The notes beneath the pieces are model-generated. The model did no database searches, was not told the DNA's origin, and saw only the letters and a program-made list of their open reading frames with translations. The position numbers and the translations under genes were made by a program. Positions 31,776 through 39,575 of a stretch of DNA of 64,000 nt are shown here, piece after piece. The stretch comes from a virus (taxonomy: Duplodnaviria > Caudoviricetes). Location: IMG/VR virus record IMGVR_UViG_3300031867_000006, positions 32,001 through 96,000 of that record; one strand, written 5' to 3'. How positions within the stretch are numbered: position 1 is the first letter of the stretch; each line of letters begins with the position of its first letter.

Positions 31776-32187
31776 CTTCGGAATCCTCCTCATCTTCTTC
31801 AGATTTATATTCTACAAGCTGGCTAGGGTCATAGAAATCTTCACTACCATCATCATCGTACCCAGCCGCTTCTATCTCAGTATAATGTTCAAGATCCTCT
31901 TCAAATGTATCTCTTGTACTGAGTCCTCTAAGGATACGTCTGGGATCTCCATATCCATTTTCTACTAATACACATGTAAGCTCATCTGCTGCTTCATCAG
32001 ATAATGATATGCCTTTAAGCATCTTCTCCTGACCATCTGCATATGTATATTTACGTAAATCCAGCTTTTCAGGTCTATCATTCCATGAAATCTTCCTTAA
32101 GCAGATATTACCCATTGATGATTCCTCGATGATGAAATCGAAATCTGGATTGACTTCATATTTAAATTCGCTTGATCCCCTTGCCAT
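31765..32187 (-). CDS. PC4/YdbC-family ssDNA-binding protein
   Basis: LRKISWNDRPEKLDLRKY...MLKGISLSDE signature and an acidic C-terminal tail. Confidence 0.8.
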   Translation of the reverse strand: MARGSSEFKYEVNPDFDFIIEESSMGNICLRKISWNDRPEKLDLRKYTYADGQEKMLKGISLSDEAADELTCVLVENGYGDPRRILRGLSTRDTFEEDLEHYTEIEAAGYDDDGSEDFYDPSQLVEYKSEEDEEDSEDAA

Positions 32188-32188
32188 A

Positions 32189-32347
32189 TTATTTAACCTC
32201 CTCGTCTCTTAACAGTGTCTGTAAGTTTACGTCAATATAAGAATCCTCTACATTACGTAATGAATTATATATACCTTTAAGTATCCACAGATTGAATGCA
32301 TTCAATCCTAAACTTAATATGCTAATCACTACAAAAATCACGTCCAT
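32189..32347 (-). CDS. Small membrane protein
   Basis: MDVIFVVISILSLGLNAFNLWIL, GGAGG RBS. Confidence 0.55.
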   Translation of the reverse strand: MDVIFVVISILSLGLNAFNLWILKGIYNSLRNVEDSYIDVNLQTLLRDEEVK

Positions 32348-32434
32348 CTTTCTGCCTCCAATCAAAAAATAAAATTCCGGGATGAGCCGTATGACCCATC
32401 CCAGAATAAAGTACAACAAAACAATACGCTGATT

Positions 32435-33322
32435 TTAGAAGAACTGCAGACCCATAGGTCTTACATACATTGTCGGGTTCTCCATAGCATCGATACGAGC
32501 GACCTCATCGGGATCAAACTGCTCAACATTCATGGAGAAAATACCATTAGCTGCGAGCGGCTTGATATAACGAACGTCATAATACGCCTTAGCCGTATAA
32601 GATACAGTCTCACCCTTAGCATTCCTACCGGTCTCAACAACCATTGTAGGTCCATACAGTGCACGCAGGATTGCCTTAAGATTCAGATTCTTAACTTTGA
32701 TAAGAACTTCCTGAGCGTTATTCCTGTACATTGCCTGTCCGGGATAAGATGCTCCCACATTGAGTACGATCGAATCGATGTTCTGCTCCCAACTCTTTGA
32801 GTTCTTCTTATTAGCATTCCGACCACCATACATGAAGTCGGACAGAAGAATTCTTGTTTCATTGTTGAGAGTGAAGGACTTGCCTTCTGATCTGCTGTAA
32901 ACACGCTTTACCGAATCAAAATATGAATCAGTTACAGCGCCGGGCTTGCTAAGATCAAGAATGCTTTCAATCTTTCCTTCCGGAAGCGGGTCCATATTCT
33001 TCTCAAAATAGAACTCTGTGAAGAAGTCCATTCTTCCATTCGGTGTGGGCTGATATGTGATCATAACACCTCTGAGCTCATGGAAGATACCCTGGAACTT
33101 AGCCTTGATAAGCTCGGACAGATCCTTGTTTGTTGTACGCATGAAGTTACCGAAAGACTTGAAATTCTCGAAAGTCAAACTAATGCTTGAATCTTCCGTG
33201 ATCGCCGGAGTCTTGGTCTCCTCATTCTGTACCTTCGCTTCTTCAGTATTCACCTGTACTCCAGATTCATTCTGAACAAACTTTGCCTCGTTGTTACCGT
33301 TGTTTTTGTTTTCGGATGCCAT
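32435..33322 (-). CDS. Hypothetical protein
   Basis: 295 aa, AAGGAGG RBS, early-type motif at 33389-33401. Confidence 0.8.
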   Translation of the reverse strand: MASENKNNGNNEAKFVQNESGVQVNTEEAKVQNEETKTPAITEDSSISLTFENFKSFGNFMRTTNKDLSELIKAKFQGIFHELRGVMITYQPTPNGRMDFFTEFYFEKNMDPLPEGKIESILDLSKPGAVTDSYFDSVKRVYSRSEGKSFTLNNETRILLSDFMYGGRNANKKNSKSWEQNIDSIVLNVGASYPGQAMYRNNAQEVLIKVKNLNLKAILRALYGPTMVVETGRNAKGETVSYTAKAYYDVRYIKPLAANGIFSMNVEQFDPDEVARIDAMENPTMYVRPMGLQFF

Positions 33323-33428
33323 ATCGCATTACCTCCTTATAAAATTTTTATATATAATCAGGAAACAACAATCCTGCTTATACCTAACTATAATATATCA
33401 TTATATTTTTGTTTAGCCTTGTGTAATT

Positions 33429-34367
33429 TTATACATTGAAGGCTTTGGCAATATCATCATCTAAGATCTCGCTTAATACAGTATATGCTATAAGATAGAT
33501 CTCTCCGTTCTTATCAGAGAACATACCGTGAGTCCTGGTAATAATATTCGCTATATCAATGTCTTTATCATATTTTAATATGATATCAATTGTTACATGC
33601 TGCCTGAGGAACTCCTCGAATAGCTTATGCTGTTTCTTATTAAATACAATATCACCTTCAGAATTATGATTAACTCCAATGTCTATAACAAAGTCTAACT
33701 GAGTTATATTGAATATAGATCTATATGCTGTCATAAATCCATTATCATTTAATAAACTCTGAAAGTCTTTGCTGCAACCCTTAATCTGCGGAGTCTCTCT
33801 AAGACCTACACGAATCTCTTCTAATGCCTCTTCAACCTTATCGAGAGTCTCCTTATTGATGCATCCCATTATATCGCCAACAGTATCCTCAAGATATAAT
33901 GCTATGGAATATCCATAATCTATAGCCTTATAATCGAACATGTCCGATATCTTCATATCTGGAGTCGGCAGAGTATCTTTGGTAAGACAATCGCCTATGT
34001 AGACATCGCCACCCATGATAGAAAACATATTCTTAGCCGTAGACACACAATTCTGTTTAACCACCAGATCTGGATCATTAGATGTAAGCAAAGACTGCCC
34101 CTTATGAACACAAGCATAAACATCTTTAATGATCTTCTCTTCGAATGTGGTTGATGTGATCATTATATTCATAAAAGCATCTGCATTGAGAATGAGGAAA
34201 CCATCTTCATTAAGCCCATCCTCTGTAGACATCAATCGCTTTGGCTCAGTCTTTGGACCTTTAATTAGCTTCAGCAGCATTGATCCATCTTTATTACCAA
34301 AATATCGGTACATGATGATGTTCTTATCATCGTCATATTTATATACTTTAGTACCAACTGTAATCAT
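33429..34367 (-). CDS. Hypothetical protein
   Basis: 312 aa, RBS. Confidence 0.75.
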   Translation of the reverse strand: MITVGTKVYKYDDDKNIIMYRYFGNKDGSMLLKLIKGPKTEPKRLMSTEDGLNEDGFLILNADAFMNIMITSTTFEEKIIKDVYACVHKGQSLLTSNDPDLVVKQNCVSTAKNMFSIMGGDVYIGDCLTKDTLPTPDMKISDMFDYKAIDYGYSIALYLEDTVGDIMGCINKETLDKVEEALEEIRVGLRETPQIKGCSKDFQSLLNDNGFMTAYRSIFNITQLDFVIDIGVNHNSEGDIVFNKKQHKLFEEFLRQHVTIDIILKYDKDIDIANIITRTHGMFSDKNGEIYLIAYTVLSEILDDDIAKAFNV

Positions 34368-34486
34368 GATAACTTACCCTCCTATAGAATTAGATTATTA
34401 TAAAGTACATATATTAATAATTTATAACATTTTATTAATAGTTACGGTTGTTTGTCATGTGTTTCTCCTTTCTTTTAAAAGCATCG

Positions 34487-34509
34487 CCCCTAGGGATAAT
34501 CCCTAGGGG
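34487..34509. terminator. CCCTAGG-family hairpin
   Basis: CCCCTAGGGAT-a-ATCCCTAGGGG. Confidence 0.7.
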
Positions 34510-34519
34510 TAAGCTATTT

Positions 34520-36133
34520 CTATAATATATACTTGATTATATCTTTAATCTGTCCAATTGTAGAACCTTTGACCTCTATAGTATGAGCATAGAAAGGCGA
34601 CTTCTCATAATATTCCGCAAAATTGAAGTTCCTATCCTTTCTAGATACTACTTTAATATACTTATTAAAGTCATTAAGTATTCTAGCTCTAGTCTTGATA
34701 TTCTTCTCCTTATTGGGAAGCATTTTATTATGATATAACTTTCTTTCAAGAACGTAATTCATATAGTATAATCTAGCCAGCTCATATTTCATACCTTCGA
34801 GATTATTGGTTCTATCATAATTCATCAGCAGCTTATGCGAGTTGAAATACTCAGCGTCAAAGTCAGGGAATGGGTTAGTTAATAACACATCTCCATCATC
34901 ATTAAACTCTATAGGTAGCTTTCTAGCTTCCTCTAAAGCACCTTCAATGATAGTGCATTCGTTAATCGGTAGTGCTTTTTTAGCAAACTTCTTAATATCT
35001 CTAGAAGCCTTCTTAAAATCAAAGTCTCCAACTATACCATCGAATACCTTATAAGCCTTAGGATTAGAACTAACCTTAAAAAATAATTGGTTAGGACTAA
35101 CTTTAGAAGATTTATTAGCTGTGAGATCAATATTAGCCATCTTAAGAACTGTATCTACAAATTGTGAGCATATCATCATGTCAGGCATATTGATGTTTAT
35201 ATTCTTAAATGGATAAGTAATTAGATTAATCACAGAATAAGTGCTCTTATTAATATTATAAGTAGCATTATTGATAAATCTCTCTATGGCCCTATAAGCA
35301 TCATTATCAACAAATACTGTGTATACAACCAGTCTACCATCCTTAGGGTAATTCTTGATATCCTCAATGGAGAACCCACCGAAAAGCTTATATTTATTAT
35401 CCATATTAAATGAATAAAGCTTGCTAATATCTGGATCTATAGATATAGCAGCATGAGAGAAATCACCTTTATCTACAGCTGTGATAATCTTAGCAATTGG
35501 ACTCATACCATTTACTACAACTATAGATATAGGATGCAATTCCTTATTACTCTTCTTGCGATTCCTATTAGCTTCTTCAACATATTCTGTTGTATCTGAA
35601 TCTACAGATATATTCATTATAGATTCATTAACCAACTTCTCAAATCTAGCCTTGGCCCTAATTCTATTCTCAGTATTGTATTCAACCTCAGGATTCCAAC
35701 CAAGTGCTGTAAGATCCTGCTTTATCTGGTTAATCTCTTCGGGGGAATTGGCATACTTAAGCTTAACTTCAAGCTCTTCTACTTTCTTATTCCAAGACTT
35801 TGGTTCTTCTGGAAGATCATAGAAATTCTCCTTAAGCTTGAACTCTTCATTACCCTCCGCCGGTTCTACACCAGTCTGCAATCTAACCTTATTAGATTCT
35901 ATCTTATTACGCCTAGTATATAAAGCAAAGTTGTCATTGATAGCCTTATAGAATTTATCAGCAGTCTCTTTAATATCATCAGATACAGATTCTGCATAAT
36001 AACCATCTAAAGCAAGAGACTCCTGTTGGGTGAAATATGGAGAATAATCGCCTATGACTTTGAAACTCATATCATTATTAATATTAGAGGTTCTATTAAC
36101 GAATGATTCTATAATCGAATTTACATTTTCCAT
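34520..36133 (-). CDS. Probable virion protein with a permuted papain-like (YiiX/NlpC-P60 permuted) domain
   Basis: FSHAAISID precedes MICSQFVDTVL (His before Cys); YSVINL motif between. Confidence 0.65.
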   Translation of the reverse strand: MENVNSIIESFVNRTSNINNDMSFKVIGDYSPYFTQQESLALDGYYAESVSDDIKETADKFYKAINDNFALYTRRNKIESNKVRLQTGVEPAEGNEEFKLKENFYDLPEEPKSWNKKVEELEVKLKYANSPEEINQIKQDLTALGWNPEVEYNTENRIRAKARFEKLVNESIMNISVDSDTTEYVEEANRNRKKSNKELHPISIVVVNGMSPIAKIITAVDKGDFSHAAISIDPDISKLYSFNMDNKYKLFGGFSIEDIKNYPKDGRLVVYTVFVDNDAYRAIERFINNATYNINKSTYSVINLITYPFKNININMPDMMICSQFVDTVLKMANIDLTANKSSKVSPNQLFFKVSSNPKAYKVFDGIVGDFDFKKASRDIKKFAKKALPINECTIIEGALEEARKLPIEFNDDGDVLLTNPFPDFDAEYFNSHKLLMNYDRTNNLEGMKYELARLYYMNYVLERKLYHNKMLPNKEKNIKTRARILNDFNKYIKVVSRKDRNFNFAEYYEKSPFYAHTIEVKGSTIGQIKDIIKYIL

Positions 36134-36149
36134 TATTTTATAACCTCCT

Positions 36150-38006
36150 TTAGAATAATGACATAATTAAAGCTTCGTCTATATTTTCTCTACTCGGTAC
36201 ATACGCTGTACGCTTGTTAAGAATCTTAGACTCCACATAATATCCATCTATACAATACTTGGTTTCAAGCTGGAAATCCTTATACTGATTAAATAAGAAT
36301 CGTTCCTTGCCCTCAGGTGCTGGAAGAATCATATTAACTTCTTTGATACCTTTTATATCAGAATCATATTTAGCCTTGACTGTTGCAAGCTCACTAAGTA
36401 TTCCAAGTTTTAACCCAGTGAAATCGACTTTCTTGAAGTTCTCATCGAAATCTATCTGATCTTCTGTAAGCATAGGCTTTCCAGTAAGTGCTGTATAGAA
36501 GAATGTATTATCTACAGTCTTATTAGTCCTATAAGCTTCATAGACTTTCATAAATCTATGAATATCTCCAACAAACTCATACTCTGCTTCTAGATAATAA
36601 TCAGCAACTTCTTTATGAGAGAGTATTGTGAGATGACCCTCTTCATCAATTGCAATGTACTTATCTGATACTACATCTGGTGAGAATAAATACTGGGTTG
36701 GATCTATAGTCTTATTATACTTATTAGTATGAACCTTCATGATGAATGGTTTCTTTATACCAGCTATAGGATTCATTGCTGCTAGAGACATAGCCTCATG
36801 TTTATATAATTCCATATACTGCTCATCATCATACCTTACGGGATACTGTATTTTCCATTCATATGATAAGTCATCTGCTACAGAGATGATGCCCACACAA
36901 ATTGGCGTAAGGTGATCCGGAAGATCCTCTCTAGAACCATTGCAAATGAATACATAAGCGTCTTCTTTCTCACCATCCTGATCTGGCGTATAAGCTTCTA
37001 TAGCATCCTGAATAGATTCAGCCCATATATCCTCAGTAACATCTCCGGGATTACGCTGGTCTGATATATACCAATGCTGAATTTTATCTATATCAATAAG
37101 TTTCAATCCGCATGGTGTAGATATAATAATATTATTCATTCCTTCCATTACATCGGCATCTTCTTTGAGATATTTAGCAACCTGAGAGGTGTCTTTAATA
37201 GAAATATTATATCGCTTTGCCGCAGATCTAATCCTTCTAGCTAATAATGGTTTCTTATCTTCACTAGCATGACCAAACAACTTTATGGCAGAATTTATAT
37301 GCTTTTCAGAATCTAATGGGAACTTGCGATCTTCAGGAATACCGAACGCAGAATCTGGTAAATTAGATCTCTTTGTCGCAGCCTCATTAAACTTATGATC
37401 TGTCCAAACCTGATAATTCGCTTTAGTAAGCTTATCCTTATGGGATAAGAGATATTCCAAAGTAAATGGTTTATTACCATATACATTAATATTGTCTTGC
37501 CCATTGGTTGTGAAGTACATAGATAAATCATGGATATGACCATGAATATTCAGATCCACTCCAGGAATCTGCTCCACATTCTCAGGTCTATGCGAGAAAT
37601 ATACTCTAACTCCATCAAAGTCATGAATAAGATATTCATATATAAAATCGAATCCACAGTTTTCATAGAAATCAGAACCCTGCATACCATCATGATTGCC
37701 TATAATAAGCAGCTTCTTTCCAGGTATTGACTTCATGATCTCTTGAGCCTGAGCAGAATCTTCTTCATTAGCATATCTAAAGCAGATGTCGCCTAAGAAA
37801 AGAAAGACGTCATTGTCTTTAATATTCTTCTTACACCAAGAAACCATATTCTGTATATTTATCTTATTCTTACCCTTGCCGTATTTATGAGCATTTATAT
37901 GCCAATCGGAAGATAAGAAAATTCTATCTTTAGGCGTATTATCTAAAAGATAATGAATATCATTACTATCTATCTCTTCAGGAGTATTCAAATTAATACT
38001 ATCCAT
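36150..38006 (-). CDS. Calcineurin-like metallophosphoesterase fused to a DUF6582-like domain
   Basis: SDWH, LGD, GNHD, SHRP and HGHIH motifs, then RSNLPDSAFGIPEDRKFPL...AIKLF; late promoter 38033-38044. Confidence 0.8.
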   Translation of the reverse strand: MDSINLNTPEEIDSNDIHYLLDNTPKDRIFLSSDWHINAHKYGKGKNKINIQNMVSWCKKNIKDNDVFLFLGDICFRYANEEDSAQAQEIMKSIPGKKLLIIGNHDGMQGSDFYENCGFDFIYEYLIHDFDGVRVYFSHRPENVEQIPGVDLNIHGHIHDLSMYFTTNGQDNINVYGNKPFTLEYLLSHKDKLTKANYQVWTDHKFNEAATKRSNLPDSAFGIPEDRKFPLDSEKHINSAIKLFGHASEDKKPLLARRIRSAAKRYNISIKDTSQVAKYLKEDADVMEGMNNIIISTPCGLKLIDIDKIQHWYISDQRNPGDVTEDIWAESIQDAIEAYTPDQDGEKEDAYVFICNGSREDLPDHLTPICVGIISVADDLSYEWKIQYPVRYDDEQYMELYKHEAMSLAAMNPIAGIKKPFIMKVHTNKYNKTIDPTQYLFSPDVVSDKYIAIDEEGHLTILSHKEVADYYLEAEYEFVGDIHRFMKVYEAYRTNKTVDNTFFYTALTGKPMLTEDQIDFDENFKKVDFTGLKLGILSELATVKAKYDSDIKGIKEVNMILPAPEGKERFLFNQYKDFQLETKYCIDGYYVESKILNKRTAYVPSRENIDEALIMSLF

Positions 38007-38062
38007 TTTAGTTTCCTCCTTAATTAATATTTTATTAAATTGTCCAAATTGGGCTTAATTAC

Positions 38063-38100
38063 AAAAAATAATAGACCCTCATAAAAGAGCCTATTATTTT
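38063..38100 (-). terminator. Intrinsic terminator closing the RAMP gene + pentamer array unit
   Basis: Minus strand AAAATAATAGGCTC-ttttat-GAGGGTCTATTATTTTTT. Confidence 0.75.
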
Positions 38101-38644
38101 AGTACAGCGCCTCGCTATACTCCACCGAACTCATAGTTACTGAACAGCACCACACCCTGCTTTACCGTAACAGAGCATTACAGTAATTCGCATTACTTCA
38201 CCCCACCACCACGGCACTTTACTCTACAATACCGTACCTATACTATAACCTACTCCACAGCACTCCTCCTTTACAATACGCTACGGGACATTACTCTGCC
38301 CGGCCATACCTTCGCACTACTCTAATTGACTACACATTACTTTACCTAAACCCCACGAAACATCACAGCGGAAGACCACACGATACCATTACTTTACGTC
38401 ACATTGTGAAACTAAACTAGACTTAGTCAAAACGTCGCAACAGCATACCGCATAATACTGAACAATACCGAAACACAACTCCACAGCAATGTACGCCACT
38501 ACACTATACCATTGCTACACACTACTTTGCCTTACTTTGCCTTAACTACACCAGGCCGAACCGTACGAAACTATACCTATACTTCACGTAACTCTACGAT
38601 ACTGCACCATAACAGAACTTCACTCTATTATACAACACCATTAC
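38101..38644 (-). ncRNA. Pentamer-periodic non-coding array (GY-NNN)n; candidate guide-RNA array
   Basis: By hand count, 94 of 106 plus-strand pentamers end in AC/GC; 14 single-C phase slips give 31/36/41-nt units; no ORF of 60 aa or more. Confidence 0.75.
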
Positions 38645-38651
38645 AAAGTAA

Positions 38652-39290
38652 TCAGTCTTCGATGATCTCATAAGTGAATCTACCATATGAGCCATTGCGC
38701 CACTGGCCGAGTCCATTATACTTACCGAAATCAAGCCATTCGTATACTGCCTTCTCAAGCTTGTCATTCAATAGTCTGATAACAAACTCTGCTGTTGCTC
38801 CTTCGTGGATCATTTCGCTATTAGCGAGAGATATACGAGGACCCTGCGCTGTCTCGGCACGCAATGATCTCTGAAGATTATCCATCTCTCCATCATATGA
38901 GATAGGTATCTTGCGAAGCGCAGCATCAGCATTAAGATTACCATCTTTGTCAGGCCCATAGACGAATACCATACCATCTATATATTTCTTATGGGCTTTG
39001 ATGCTGGCTGACGCGTTCTTCTCACCAAGCAGCTTAAGAATGCCGCAGGCATGCTTGAAGAACCCGCGGATCTGGTAATCCCAAAGCAAGGGGTTTCCAT
39101 CTTCATCACGAAGGAATACTGTTTTGCCCTTACGCTCAACTTCCTCAGTACCTAACGCTTCGATCTCTTCTTGCTTATTAGGAGCATCGGGCGCATTACT
39201 AGCAATATACTGACTATAGATGTCAGGATCGCTAGGTGCTGAGCCAAGAACTGGTGTTGTAAAGGTTATTCTAATCTTGATATCTTTCAT
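38652..39290 (-). CDS. Stand-alone RAMP/Cas7-like RNA-binding protein
   Basis: N-terminal beta strand IRITFTTPVLG, middle PLLWDYQIRGFFKHA helix, and C-terminal Gly-rich loop GLGQWRNGSYGRF, all characteristic of RAMP/Cas7-group proteins. Confidence 0.75.
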   Translation of the reverse strand: MKDIKIRITFTTPVLGSAPSDPDIYSQYIASNAPDAPNKQEEIEALGTEEVERKGKTVFLRDEDGNPLLWDYQIRGFFKHACGILKLLGEKNASASIKAHKKYIDGMVFVYGPDKDGNLNADAALRKIPISYDGEMDNLQRSLRAETAQGPRISLANSEMIHEGATAEFVIRLLNDKLEKAVYEWLDFGKYNGLGQWRNGSYGRFTYEIIED

Positions 39291-39334
39291 AATTTTATCC
39301 TCCTTATATTTAAGATATCTATATACTACAATAT

Positions 39335-39347
39335 TATAATATATAAC
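39335..39347 (-). promoter_or_regulatory. Early-type promoter motif GTTATATATTATA
   Basis: Upstream of the RAMP gene RBS. Confidence 0.55.
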
Positions 39348-39369
39348 TCAAATATCTTAAATTCACAAG

Positions 39370-39535
39370 GCGATGAATTGTTGGTTAAGTAGCGCTACAT
39401 ACAGGACTGGATCTGCAGAATACTATGATAATCAATACAAATTACAAATGTTTTGTTTAATAAATCCTGGATCTAATAATTTGGCTGGTAGAGAAATGGC
39501 TAATAATTTCCATAATGATGGAATATATTACGGCG
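39370..39535 (+). repeat. Solo variable-region cassette A
   Basis: GCGATGAATTGTTGGTTAAGT...TATTACGGCG; encodes AMNCWLSSA...GIYYG; 163 bp GCG to GCG; no RBS. Confidence 0.8.
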
Positions 39536-39542
39536 CGTAAAA

Positions 39543-39570
39543 TTGCAGGTACCACTATTGGTACCCGCAA
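39543..39570. terminator. Terminator hairpin after the Ig-domain gene
   Basis: TTGCAGGTACCA-ctat-TGGTACCCGCAA. Confidence 0.7.
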
Positions 39571-39575
39571 TATGA

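Noticed and set aside
38578-38608. Array unit decoding to GC-AT-AG-TA-GA-AT as a guide against cassette starts (GCG ATG AGT)
   Set aside because: Only the first three of six dinucleotides match, which is compatible with chance.
38101-38644. CRISPR array, microsatellite or protein-coding repeat
   Set aside because: There is no 23-50 bp direct repeat, pentamers differ at three of five positions, and no ORF of 60 aa or more exists in any frame.
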